Source: the human T2T-CHM13v2.0 reference genome, Homo sapiens. Taken from it: a DNA stretch of 64,000 nucleotides. This document shows positions 25,360 through 38,113 of this stretch, in pieces. How positions within the stretch are numbered: position 1 is the first letter of the stretch; each line of letters starts with the position of its first letter. The notes beneath the pieces were generated by a model, which saw only the letters and a list, made by a program, of their open reading frames with translations, was not told where the DNA came from and did not search any database. Position numbers and translations under genes: made by a program. Location of the stretch: NCBI RefSeq assembly GCF_009914755.1, contig NC_060935.1; one strand, given 5' to 3'.

Positions 25360-26390
25360 CTGCCTGTGCTCTGAGGTGGGTGAGTATGCTGGCTAGGATC
25401 CAAAATCACTCAGGGCTGCTGACTGGGCTCCATAATCAGGTAAGACCATTCACTGTGGTATGTATTCGAGTGGGGCTGCTGGCTGTGGTCCACAGATTGA
25501 TGGGGTCACTGCCTTTGCTCCAAATTTAGGTGAGATCACTGACCAGATCTCTTGGCCAGATAGGGCCACTGGCTATTTCCTGCAGTTTTTTGGGGCTGCA
25601 AGCTGATCCATAATTGGGAAGTTTTACTGGATGTGCTCTGTAGTTTGGAGAGATAATTGACCAGACTCCGTCGTCAGATGGGACTGCAGGCTATGCCCAG
25701 CGGTTGAGTGGGGTTGCTGGCTTGGATCTCTACCTGAGTGGGGTGGGCTGCAAGTTGTGCTTTATGGTTGGGTGGTGCTCTAGGCTGTGCTCTGCAGCTG
25801 GTCCAGCTTACTGACTGGTACCACAGCCAGACAGAACTGTTCAACATGCCTCCTGACCGAAAGGGCCTGCCAACTCAGCTCCACATGTGAGCAATGCTAG
25901 TGGCTGGGCTCTCTGGTCACATAAAGCTGCCAGCTAGAACATGATGCCACCACCAAGATCGGGTGCTGGTTGCCGTAAGCTACACCCCTTAACTTTGTTA
26001 TGAGCTGACTGGGGTGGCCAAGCTTTGCCAAGTCTTCCGTTATTACCCACAAGGTTAGACAGAATGGGCCTCTTGGGAAGTTCTCTGGAACATAGGGAAG
26101 CTGGATGTCTGCCGTGGGCTCTCTTTTCTTCACTGGGGAAACCACAGGCCCAGGGAATCTCTTTCAGTGTGACACTGTGTTTGGCTGGGAAAGAAGCAAG
26201 TGAAACTGCTCCTCTTAACAATTCTAATGTGGTTTTTTCCAGTTTTTATGCTCCAAGAGTGTGCCCCACCTCACCCATGGGTTACGGAATTTTCACATGG
26301 GCATTTTTCTCTGAGAAGTTGTTCATTGGTCATTCTGTGCTGGAAACCAGAATTGGGGACCTCTTCTTTTTCTTACCTTGCTTTTTCCTT
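25360..26390 (-). mobile_element. Old L1 5'UTR-like GC-rich segment with degenerate ~30-bp tandem units
   Basis: GG(C/T)(T/C)(G/A)CTG-type motif recurring every ~30 bp; paralog ends CTCTTCTGCCATC, like an antisense L1 5' terminus. Confidence 0.55.
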
Positions 26391-26824
26391 GCTTTTCCTT
26401 ACTTTCATATTTAAATTCCAATATTAATAAATAAGTATCCTGTAATTATACATCCTGAGATCTGGACTAAACTGAAAATACACAGTTTTTGTTGCCTTAT
26501 TTTCTCACAATAGCAATGACTATTTAAATATGGACATAGCTATTAATAACAAGTTTTATTTCCCCTTATCCCTAATATTTTACAAGATATCACACTGTAT
26601 ACAGCATAGGATATATCTTTGCACATAATATATTACATAAAATGAATTACCTTTTTCTTAACTAGGAACATCCTCACTTTAATGGCTGTATAACTTTCTA
26701 TTACAAAAAACGTTTCACCTGTACTTTACACTTTCCTTCATGATCAAGGCTAATGACATTCTACTTAGTTAGAGACAGCTTCTATCCCATCTGGTGGATG
26801 CCTGTATTTTACCAGTTATTAAAT

Positions 26825-26941
26825 GCAGGCAGTTCTCACTTTGTGATTTTGTAGGAACTAAGAACCACAAAAACTAAGACACGTTTCCAGTATGGAAAGG
26901 TTTCTGTTACATGGTACCATGCCAAGCAGGAACTATTTGTA
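26825..26941. mobile_element. Possible Tigger-type MITE (also in copy B, ~63665-63784)
   Basis: CAGGCAGT(T/C)CTCACTTTG ... GTACC/GGTGC..AAG..G..CTA.TTG TA degenerate terminal inverted repeats. Confidence 0.45.
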
Positions 26942-27098
26942 TTTAATACATCATGTGTTTACTTTGTCTTGATTATAAAATAAAAACAACACCATGAAAC
27001 TCTTCACACAAGTTTCTTATGCCTTCAGTAGATTCTTAAAATTGAAATAGCTGAATAAAAGCATAAGAAAATTTTGTCTCCTTAATATGATAATAATA

Positions 27099-27174
27099 TT
27101 AGGTTGGTAAGAAAAAAAATAAGTGCTGTTACTTTTAATGGCAAAAAAACAAGATTACTTTTGTACCAACCTAT
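27099..27174. mobile_element. MADE1 (Hsmar1 mariner MITE)
   Basis: TTAGGTTGGT...TTACTTTTAATGGCAAAA...TTACTTTTGTACCAACCTA; TA on both sides. Confidence 0.9.
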
Positions 27175-30100
27175 TAAATATTAAATTTATTTTCAGAAAA
27201 ACTTTATACCCTTAATCAATCAATGTATGAAAGTGCCAATCTATATCAGCTCTTTTAAATGTAGATATATCAAACAATATCTTACATCATATTTTTGGTT
27301 GCTAATATTTTGTGTGTTAATTTTAGCATTTTTGTATTTTAATCAATTTTTTACTTATAGTCTTTGATATTTATATATTGATTCTTTAGTGCTTCAAATT
27401 ATTTTTATTAATTTCTTGTATTTCAATAATTTTACCAATTTATCTTGTTTGTGGCAAATACATTGCCAAATTGTAGGGTGCCTCTTAATTTTAAATAGTT
27501 TTATCTTCAAATTAAAGCAATTTGCTTACTCTTTTTACTACAAATTTTTCCCACTGTTATGAAGCACAGATATATTATTCTCTGATTATTTAAATTTAAA
27601 TATTTATTTTCTTTCTGATTAATCCTTTTTTGTTCAGTGTTTGAAGTGACTCATAGTGGAAAAACATATGTGGCCCTCTCAGTTCTTTTGGGGGTAATTG
27701 CTGGGAAAAAAACCTCTTTGTAAGAAAAAGAGACTGTATTTAGAGATATTTGTTGAAAAAAAATGTTACATGATGATTTCACCATACACTGGTATGGTGA
27801 AAACATAAGTATTTGTATAACAGTGTTAATAAATCCATAGAATTAATATACCAAGGTTAGGTGTTTTCTCCTCACTTACCAGACACCAGCATCTTCCTGA
27901 CTTTCTGGAAAACAAACAACTCATTCAAAATATTTCATCCTTAAGCAGTTCTCCCTATGGCCACCATAGACAGTAAAATAATTTTCCTTATTTTTTAATT
28001 GCTTTATAATGTATAAGTATTGTATGTACAACTACATTCAAAATTATACAACTATACATACAGTTTCTAAATTGAATCATAATATTATAATTTCTGAGTT
28101 AAAAATTTGGATAGCTAAAAGTATCTGATTTTCAATCTCCTAAGAGAAAATTGAAGACAAAAATATCTTCACCAGAAATTAAAATATATGTTCAATTTAA
28201 TGATAAGAATTTAGTTTAAAATATATTTATAATTCAGACAAAAAAAACAGTGGAAATGGGCAGAAATAGATTGACTTAAGGTATAATAAAGGTGACATCA
28301 CAAATCAGTGGGAAAGCAGTGCTTAATAACACTTGGAGGAAGTTGGTTAAAAATGTGAGGGCACAAAAGTAATTTACAACATTAAAACATGCAACAAAAT
28401 TATATCCAGGATAATTCATGATATTCCCATAAAATATTGCAATGAAAGCCAATAACCCCATATAAGTGCTTGTTTATTCAATTGTGGCATAAGAAAAAGT
28501 TACAAAACAACAATAAACAAAATATAATTTTTCTCCATAAAAATACAAATATTCTTCATGTAAGACACCATCATAACATGAAAGAAAATTATTATATGTA
28601 GCCTTTATTTGTTAAATATATTCTTCAATTTCTAATCTGTGCAAATTAAAACAGAGTTTGTTTCTAAAACTTCCTTTGAGAGATCAAAGTAGCATATAAC
28701 CATAAACAAGAGCTCCTACTGCTGATAGAGTTATAGTAAAATGATTGTTTTCAAACATTAGTGGTACAGGTTTGTTACAAGCTTTCTGGATAAAAATTTA
28801 TCCATAGAAATGTTTAGCAAGACCTTTAAAAATGTTCAAAACATTTAATTCAGCAATTACACTTCTGGGAACATAACAAAAGGAACAATTAGAGAGAGAC
28901 GTACAGATACGTCGGTCATCAAAATACTAAGATACATTGATATGATGGAATCATGATTTGCAAGATAATCAAATGGAATAAAACACATGTGAATGCTGAG
29001 AGCAACTCTTTTCAGGTAGTTGATTACAAGTAAGCATTGCTTCTATTTCTTATGTATGCCAATATGGTTCATTGGTTTTCTACATTTGACATGTATTAAT
29101 ATTGTATTAGGATCACACAAGCTAATTAAAATATGACATTAAAAATGTTCATAAAATATTTAATCTATGTAAAGGTGCATACATTATAGTATCAAATGAA
29201 AATCTGTATTCATATTATTATATGGTGAGTAACTTTATATTTGTTTTGTGCATTATAGTAACATGTAGTCATATACATTTATTGAGAAGAAATATAACAA
29301 AATATAAACAAAACTTATTCCTTGTCATAGCAGGTCCTTAATAAATTTTATGTTTTTATATTTGTCTGTACCTGGAAATTAATTAATATAAATATGTGTG
29401 CTTTTATAATTGGGAAAATATATTAATAAAATGCAGCCTAAGAAGCATAAAGGTTTCCCATATATCAAAATTTTCTCCCTTCACATGGATATTAAGACAA
29501 TTTTAATTATCATGCATATAAATGATCACATTAGCCTGACTGTCAGGGAAAATTCACATTAGCTGTTGTTAGGATACATCTCACTATCACATAATAACCA
29601 CTATTTAATCTATAGTAACACTCTTATTAATTCATAGTCTCCAATATTCCCCCCAGCATTTGAAGTGTGTTGAAGAATGGCTTAATAACCACTTCAGTAT
29701 GAATTAGAAAGAGAGAAAATTTAAAACCAAGAAATCTGCTTTTGTGCTACTGAGTGGCCAAATGACGTTAGGCAAGTCATTTCATCTCTCTGTGTCTAAG
29801 ACTCCAAATATTGTAAATGAAGATAATAATTCTCTCACTACTTCATTTTCATTTAAGAAAAGAAAAAACAGTAATCCTAAAATTAGCAATACACTATGAT
29901 TACATCAATTGTCACTATTTCTATTCATGTCCATTTATGTTCTATTCTATCTCCAAAGAATTTCTGAGATAACTTTTACCCAAGGGCTTGCACAATTAAA
30001 AAATTAAATTACAAATAGAATAAATAAATACATATTTTAAAAAAAAGAGATTACAAACAGGTCAAGCATTTGGGTTACAAAGGTGTCAAAGTTTAAGTTT

Positions 30101-31029
30101 GGTTGCTGCAAGCCACAGCAATTCTCATAACTAGAAAATAAAAGGAAGTATACAGTTATTTAGGCAAAATATAGAGTGTGTTTGTACCAATTCTAAAATA
30201 CAGTTTTCAAATAGAGTATCAGACCACTCTACTTGCTAGAAATTGAACACAATGCTTTGCCTAACCAAAAGAGGAAGATAAAAGAATAATATAAAGAGCT
30301 ATCCCACAGATTAAATGATGTTGTCATAAGATAAAGAAATATCCCACAGATGAAATGATGCTGGGCCTCTAAAAGGAAGTAAGGACGCTGTGTCACTCAG
30401 TTCCCAGCTCTTCTGCTTCACTCTTGTCTCTACAGATCACCTGCTTCTGTTGTGCCACTGCCATTGCCAAAACCAGGCAAATACACAAATAGTGCTAAAA
30501 GGTAAATATTAAATTGTTGCTGCCCAAAATTGCCTTCTTTCTTTTTCAGTTACTGTTTCTAAAAGCAGATTTGGATAGAACCAGACTTATTCAACCAACT
30601 GACACTTAAGAATATAACCCAATTTTACAAAAACTGTTAGTCATCTGTTTAATATTCTGGAAAACCACTTGAACATTTTATAGTAGATACAGTAGTTGAT
30701 ATCATATAAGCATTTTCTGTAGCATTTTCTGTATAGTGTTAGTTAAAAGCAGAGTGCAAAATATTAAAATGTCAAACATAAGAGGCAATTTAATAGGGCT
30801 AAATATGTATGTATTAATATGCAGTCATCTGGTTGACTAAATAATACATTGATTAATGTGTATCTTTATTTAGCCTCTTTGTGATTGATTTTCCCTGTAG
30901 TAGCTTTGAGAACTAGAATACCCTAATGTAAAAAAATAATGTGCCACAGACAGTTGTGTGAAGCAAAATAAACACTATTTCCTCCAAAAAGATACGTACG
31001 CCCCTATTAATTTTTATACTGTTTCAGGG

Positions 31030-31597
31030 TGTTAAAGAAGCAGGAGTCTAGGAGATCCAGGGTGACAACATTTTAAAATCAACTCTGTCTTGAGGTTAAC
31101 AAGGCACAGTCCTGGCCGGTCATGACCCATGTTCATAAGATGCTTATAGTTTAGGAAACAGCCTAAAAATACCTACAAGAACACGCTAATAATGCAGCAA
31201 GAGAACCTAGGTGTCCCAATTCTCATAAGAGTATATGCTTTTATCATGATAATAATAGTTATGCACACACTAAAATATCAAGGATCGTTTTCTTTAAATC
31301 AACAGAATGATAAATTTTGTCATGCCGTCAGCCTACCCACATGTAGCCACAACTTACTTTAGTCTGTACGTAGATAAAAGACCATTAAAAAAACTTAAAG
31401 AGGGTGCATTCCTCCACTTGCTTTCTGGGAACACCTTACTCTGTAATGCAATAGCCTTTAATAAATGATCTCTTTGGAGTAGCATTTAATGAACTATCTC
31501 TTCTCACTGCACTTTGCAGCTTATCTTGAAATTTTTCCTCTGTAGATCCAAGAACCCCCTGCTGGGATCTGGATCAAGACCCCTTTTTCCACTAACA
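31030..31597 (+). mobile_element. ERV1 solo LTR, MER41 family (older subfamily)
   Basis: TGTT...TAACA; 3' end GATCCAAGAACCC..GG.TCTGGATCAAGACCCCTTT typical of MER41. Confidence 0.78.
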
Positions 31598-31981
31598 AAG
31601 TCATTTATGCATATGCAAATATCAATTGATAAACCCTATTGATTCCTACTAAATTATTCCTAAGTCAGAGGTACTTCACTGGAAAACATACGTGGAATGC
31701 AATTGAAGTATTTTGATGATAGAAATGGATCCATGCACTTGAAAACTCAAAAAAAAAAAAAGGGTGTTGAGAGTTGATTTTCAGAATTGAGGACCATAAC
31801 TGGTATTACCACATGAACCAATAAGAAGCTTCTCACGATGTTTACAGTGTGGGTTTTGAGAATACTTACAGAAAATTTAACTTATAGGTGATTCATATAT
31901 TTACATTTTTTGCACAGTGATTACAATAAGTTCACAGGTTTCAGAACTATTGTTCAAGACACCACATTGAAGTAGAAACAA

Positions 31982-32316
31982 TTTTTTTCTTTTTTCGTTT
32001 TCTTTTTATTTATTTATTTATTTATTTTTTTGGAGATGGAGTTTCGCTCTTGTCGCCCAAGTGGAGTAAGTACAATGGCGTGATCTTGACTCACTGCAAC
32101 CTCCGCCTCCCAGGTTCAAGCTATTCTCCAGCCTCAGCCTCCTGAGTAGCTGGGATTACAGGCATGTGCCACCACAACCAGCTAATTTTGTAATTTTAGG
32201 AGAGACGGGGTTTCACCATGTTGGCCAAGCTGGTCTCAAACTCCTGACCTCAGGTGATCCACCTATCTCTGGCTCCCAAAGTGCTGGGATTACAGATGTG
32301 AGCCACCATGCCCGGC
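31982..32316 (-). mobile_element. Alu (AluS-type)
   Basis: Antisense Alu with T-rich/(TTTA)n tail. Confidence 0.95.
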
Positions 32317-32705
32317 ATCATTTTTTTAAAAATGTAAAATTAGCCACCCTATCTGGAGCCTCACTATGGCTCTATGGATAGTAATATTCAAAGGGGTTGG
32401 ATTTTCAGAGTTTCTCTCAGGCTAAGTTAGTTAAAAGTTTACCCCCAAGTAAGTAAACCCAGTATTTTCATACAGAATTATTAGAAACCAAACAATTTAT
32501 ATTCATAGAATCTCTGACAAATAAAACATTATTAATTTCAACATTAAGCTTTTTATTTTTAAAAACTAAATCTTCAAAGTGTTAATTTTGAGAAGAAACT
32601 AAAGTGGTTACTAAGAGCCCATACTGTTAAATAATAACTACACTAGGTTTTTCCATTTCAGTTTGTTACCCCACAGGCACTTAGGGATTACAAATAAACA
32701 CAGGC

Positions 32706-33653
32706 CTAAACTGCAATTTTACAAAAGGATTTTCCCCTAATCATTTGTTGTATGGCAAGGATTACATCTCTGTTCCGTAGGCTATAGATCAATGGGTTCA
32801 GCATTGGGCTCAAAAAAGTATAAAAGACTGCAATTATTTTGGACTCCTCTACAGACTTCTCTGATGGAGGCCTTACGTACATGCAGAAGAGGGTTCCATA
32901 AAACAAAGTGACTATTGTCAGGTGGGAAGCACACGTAGAAAAGGCTTTGTGCCTGCCTTCAGCAGAACGGATCCTGAAGATCGCTGCAAAAATGAAAAGA
33001 TAGGACAGAAGAATGATGAAGAGAGAGCTTGAGAGAGTAAAGCCTGCAACTACAAACATTGCCATCTTTTTGACACGGGTGTCAGAGCAGGCCAGCATGA
33101 TAAGAGGAGGATCAGCGCAGTAGAAATGATTGATTTCAAGGGAGCCACAGAAGGATAAGTGAAAGGTCAGCAGTGTCTGAGAGAGCCCATTAAGGAAGCC
33201 ATACATGTAAGGCACAGTGACCAGAGAGATGCAAATGTTCTTGGACATCCTGGAACTGTAATGTAAAGGGCTGCAAATGGCTACATAGCGATCCAATGCC
33301 ATTGAAGCAAGGAAGTAAAACTCAGTGATCACTAGGGCGATGAAGAGAAGACACTGTGTGAAGCATCCAGCGTAGGAGATGGTCTTCTGTTCTGAGAGGA
33401 AATTGTGCAGCATATTTGGAGTAACATTGGAAGAATAGCAAATGTCTACAAAGGAGAGGTGACCAAGGAAGAAATACATGGGTGTTTGCAGTTGGGAATT
33501 GGTCCTGATCAGCAGGATCATGCACAGGTTGCCTGCCAGTGTGATTAGGTAGATCGCCAGGAACACCCCAAACAGGATCTTCTCTAGCACTGGGTCGTCT
33601 GTCAGTCCTAAGAGAATGAATTCTGTCACTATGGTGTGGTTTGGGGACAACAT
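32706..33653 (-). CDS. OR5M10: Olfactory receptor family 5 subfamily M member 10, 315 aa, intact single coding exon
   Basis: OR motifs [42 protein letters not shown]; N-glycan site NHT; MLSPNHT...KSFCKIAV matches OR5M10 rather than OR5M1 as I recall them. Confidence 0.95.
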   Translation of the reverse strand: MLSPNHTIVTEFILLGLTDDPVLEKILFGVFLAIYLITLAGNLCMILLIRTNSQLQTPMYFFLGHLSFVDICYSSNVTPNMLHNFLSEQKTISYAGCFTQCLLFIALVITEFYFLASMALDRYVAICSPLHYSSRMSKNICISLVTVPYMYGFLNGLSQTLLTFHLSFCGSLEINHFYCADPPLIMLACSDTRVKKMAMFVVAGFTLSSSLFIILLSYLFIFAAIFRIRSAEGRHKAFSTCASHLTIVTLFYGTLFCMYVRPPSEKSVEESKIIAVFYTFLSPMLNPLIYSLRNRDVILAIQQMIRGKSFCKIAV

Positions 33654-33671
33654 CTTCTTATTTCTTGAAAA

Positions 33672-33700
33672 CTGAAAGTGACAAAGAATGTGAGGATTCT
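33672..33700 (-). other. Putative splice acceptor of the OR5M10 coding exon
   Basis: Minus strand ...CACATTCTTTGTCACTTTCAG|TTTTCAAG, 18 nt before the ATG. Confidence 0.55.
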
Positions 33701-34164
33701 CTCTGATCCAGATTTGGCATTTGTTTCATCCATTTATCATTCACTCATTCATCTATTCATCTAGGCACCAATTACTTTTTTCAATAAACACATCAGAATT
33801 TCTGCACAACGTTTTCTCTTTATATGTGTGTGTTTTCTGTCTCTTTTTGTATCTCAAACCCACACACACACAGGCACATTCTCTATTTCTGTCTCTTATA
33901 TATATACATTTATAAATTTATACATTAATGCATTTATACTTGTCTTCTTGGTGAATTCTACATTTGGTAATTATTTTCAAGGTTTGTGAGGGAACAAAAA
34001 AAACAAAGAAATGAATATCAGATATTAATATTAGCATCATTTAAATAAATAAATGTAGGAAGTCCAATCTTCAGTTTCCCTCCATGTCTGATATCTTATT
34101 ATTTCAGATACAAAACAGAAGAAAAAAATTAAGGTAGCATTTTCACTTAAAACCTATGACTGTC

Positions 34165-34470
34165 GGCCGGGCGCGGTGGCTCACGCCTGTAATCCTAGCA
34201 CTTTGGGAGGCCGAGGCGGGCAGATCACGAGGTCAGGAGATCAAGACCATCCTGGCTAACACTGTGAAACCCCATCTCCACTCAAAATACAAAAAAGTAG
34301 CCAGGCGTAGTGGCGGGCGCCTGTAGTCCAAGCTACCGGGAGGCTGAGGCAGGAGAATGGCGTGAACCCGGGAGGCGGAGCTTGCAGTGAGCCGAGATCA
34401 CACCAGGGCACTCCAGTCTGGGCGACAGAGCGAGACTCCGTCTCAAACAAACAAACAAACAAACAAACAG
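34165..34470 (+). mobile_element. AluY
   Basis: AluY diagnostics (GATCACGAGGTCAGGAGATC, GGCGTGAACCCGGGAGGCGGAGCTT); (CAAA)n tail; TSD AAACCTATGA(C/T)TGTC. Confidence 0.96.
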
Positions 34471-35235
34471 AAACCTATGATTGTCAGTGAACATTAAATT
34501 AGTTAAACTTAGTGCTTGATATATGGCTAAGAATATACAAAACCAAGAACTGTTTTTTCACTTTGAAATTTTACCTGCCTGTTTATTCATGTACACTGAC
34601 TGCATAGCTTGATTTTTTTGTGTGTATTACAATTCCTGGGGTTATTGGAGTGAACAAATTTTCCAGTTTCATGGAGCTCACATTATAATATGAGAAATAA
34701 TGGTTAAACCCACAGAGAAAGATACATATTATAATTTCAAGTAAAAGCTGGGTCTGTGAAGAACAATGAATGTGAGATTCTTTTAGATGACTATTCAAAG
34801 TAGCCTTTTCTGAGAATGCAACATTTGAACAGTAAATAAACAATTATAGCACCTGAAGGAAGAGAGTGAAGTTTTTTTGTCTCCATTTATATGCCACTAA
34901 ACTACTTATTAAAATATTGTTAGAGAATCACAGAACATTGTTAAAAGCAGTCTTTGCTGCCAACTCAAGCCACTCTCTCTGAGTTCTTCATGAAAATAAG
35001 CTATGACTGTAAAAATTATTGCTCAAAAATTTGCACCCTAAAGAAATTGCTTATTTAGCTCTCACATATACATCAGAGGAGCTTGCATATAATTGATTTT
35101 AGAGTCAATGAAATGTTAACATATGAATAGAAAAGTCCAGTGAAATTGATGAAAATATGGGTTTCCTCTATTGATTGGATACTAATCTCCACACACAGAA
35201 AAAGTTGTATTTTTAGTGAACAAATGTAGCAAATG

Positions 35236-35420
35236 ACCTACCTGTTAATGTTAACTCACCATAGTTTGTAAAGCAAGGTGGCAAGATATATATTTCTTAG
35301 CTATATTCCCTAGAGTATTTTTAAAGTAATTCTAAAGAACCAATTATAATATCCTTTGTTCCTCAAGGGCTTAACATTTATTTGATAGTTTGAACAGCTA
35401 GATTCTCCTTTGAAGATGAA
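35236..35420 (-). promoter_or_regulatory. Candidate OR5M10 promoter and 5' non-coding exon
   Basis: O/E(EBF)-like TCCCTAGAG (35307-35315) and TCCTCAAGGG (35360-35369), TAATT/CAATTA homeodomain cores, minus-strand donors CAG|GTAGGT (~35241) and ATG|GTGAGT (~35258). Confidence 0.4.
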
Positions 35421-36289
35421 ATCCCTATACAACATTTATGTACAGTTTTGTTACATGTGTTCATCAGAGCTTTAGCACAAACAGAGAAACTAGCCATCAC
35501 TTTCAATAATATGGAAGAAGGAAAATATAGATAGATAAGTTTTGTAATTTTAATATAATAAAACCAAGAAGGTTTTCATCAGAACTCTCCAGTTTTGTCT
35601 ATAGACACTGGGGTGAGGTCCTTTACTGAGGGTGAGGGGTAGAAAGGTGTGGCAGCTGAAAGACTTGAGGAAAGGAAGGATTTGTAAGGATGTGGAGAGC
35701 AGCAGAGTGACAACATAATCAGTAGAAGGAAGCAGAAGTATTGGTCAGGGCCCAGGTCCTTTGGAGGACGGACGTTCTGGATTTATGCTGGAACTAGTCT
35801 GCCCTATTGAAAGTCATTAACAAGCTAAGAATCAAAGACAGGTCTGAGACCAGGACCGTTTATAAAATTGATGAGTCATAAAATTGTTGACTTAGGAATA
35901 GGGCTGAAAATAGAAGGAAGAATATTTAAAACTTGTTTACACTGCATTTGTTAGATGATAAGGGAAGCTAGACATGTGTTCATTAGTCTGTATTTTCCAG
36001 TGCACTGATAGTTCCAGGTTAGCACAAATGAATCAAAATGGGCTCTGACCAAGACAGAAGAGGCATCCCTAATTCTCTTAGATCACAAATGGTGGTTATT
36101 CTTTGAGAAATCAGTCAACACAATATAGCTATATATCAAAATCAAAATGTAGATTTGTTACATCCCATGAAATTTGAGAGATTTGAGCATAGCTATTTTT
36201 TTCCTCAAATTGAGTTTAAAGCCTTATCTCAGTTTTTATCTGTATGGTTTTGATTCCTTGCACTAATTTAAAAGTAAAATGGTATTTCT

Positions 36290-36876
36290 TTTGACCCAGC
36301 CATCCTATTACTGAGTATATACCCAAAGGATTATAAATCATGCTGCTATAAAGACACATGCACACGTGTGTTTATTGGGGCACTATTCACAATAGCAAAG
36401 ACTTGAAACCAACCTAAATGTCCAACAACGATAGACTGGATTAAGAAAATGTGGCGCATATACACCATGGAATACTATGCAGCCATAAAAAATGAAGAGT
36501 TCTTGTCCTTTGTAGGGACATGGATGAAACTGGAAACTCAATTTTCAGCAAATTCTCAGCAAACTATCGCAAGGACAGAAAACCAAACACCACATGTTCT
36601 CACTCATAGGTTGGAATTGAACAATGAGAACACATGGACATAGGAAGGGGAACATCACGCTCCAGGGACTGTTGTGGAGTGGGGGGAGGTGGGAGGGATA
36701 GCATTAGGAGATATACCTAATGCTAAATGACGAGTTAATGAGTGCAGCACACCAACATGGCACATGTATACATATGTAACAAACCTGCACATTGTGCACA
36801 TGTACCCTAAAACTTAAAGTATAATAATAATAATAAAATAAAATAAAAAATAAATAAATAAATAAATAAATAAAAA
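36290..36876 (+). mobile_element. 5'-truncated L1PA (L1PA4/5-like) 3' end
   Basis: ORF2 C-terminus + 3'UTR + A-rich tail; TSD TAAAATGGTATTTCTT. Confidence 0.95.
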
Positions 36877-37829
36877 TAAAATGGTATTTCTTAAATATTT
36901 CTATAGAATGAAGGGTCATATAGGACTATAATACTGGTGTCTCTCATTTCCTCATCCCTTAATGCATAAAACTAATTGACAATTTGGCTCTTTGTTAAAC
37001 AGAATGGCAGCTTTCAATTTGAAGGCAATATGCCCTATAGTATGTGTGTATGTATATGTATATTCATTTATTTGTTTTCTTACATATGTTAATATGCAAT
37101 AACATTTCAATAAAACATAAGAGTTACAAAATGACTCTTCTGACTACAAATGATTCTGGCTCAATAATAACTGAATGGATAGACAAAAAGTAATGGATTG
37201 GTTATTTTTGATGAGGAAGAGCAAAGTCTCAAAAATTTTAATATGGGATCACATGATCAGATGTCCACACATTAGAAGGTGACATTAATTTACTTATAGA
37301 TTTGGTTAGGGAATACAGATTTAGCTATGTATATTATACTAACTCAAAGATGAGTTTTACACATGCTTATTTTATGTTTCATAGAAAGCCTTCAGAAAGT
37401 TTTATATTATCTATCTATATTACTGAACACATTAGTTTATTTAGTCGATGTCACTTTGCTTCTGCTGGAAGGACCAATTGATGTATGTCTGCTAGTGGAA
37501 CACCTAATGGATTTAGCTATACAAATGACACCATGTTCAGACAGTTGGATACATCCTATTGGCCCTTAAGATTTTACTTGTGTGTTTGTGATTACTCAAT
37601 TGGCTATTTTTTATTTAAAAGTTGTAGTCGGTTCAATATGGTACTGAAAGTCCTACCTACTAAATAAAAAGTATACAAATTGAAAAGAAACAAATCTGTG
37701 TTATTCACAGATGACATGATGCTTTATTATAAAAGTTATTTTAAAATATACAAATGGGAAATTAAGTGTATATTTTGGAAGATGATATGATTACAATTAC
37801 AAATTCAATACACAAAAACCACTCATACA

Positions 37830-38113
37830 GGCCAGGTGCGATGGCTCACAACTGTAATCCCAGCACTTTGGGAGCCTGAGGTGGGCAGATTATTTGAGGT
37901 AGGGAGTTTGAGACTAGCCTAGCCAACATAGTAAAACCGGTGTGATGGCAACGTGCCTGTAGCCCCAGCTACTTGGGAGGCAGAGGCAGGAGAATCCGTT
38001 GAACCTGGGAGGCAGACATTGCATAGAGCCAAGATTATACCACTTCACTCCAATCTGGGTGACAGAGCGGGACTCTGTCTAAAAAAACAAAACAAAACAA
38101 AATAAAAAAACCC
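37830..38113 (+). mobile_element. Alu with internal linker deletion
   Basis: GTAAAACC|GGTGTG junction lacks the A-rich linker; TSD AAAAAC(C)ACTCATACA. Confidence 0.9.

Larger units (their letters stand above)
25997..27242 (+). repeat. Local duplication, copy A (paralog of 62812-64000)
   Basis: Colinear long matches, e.g. TTTCTTAACTAGGAACATCCTCACTTTAAT and AACACCATGAAACTCTTCACACAAGTTTCT in both copies. Confidence 0.95.

Noticed and set aside
30291-30363. 40-bp-period direct repeat (ATCCCACAGAT..ATGATG)
   Set aside because: Two-copy slippage duplication with no further structure.
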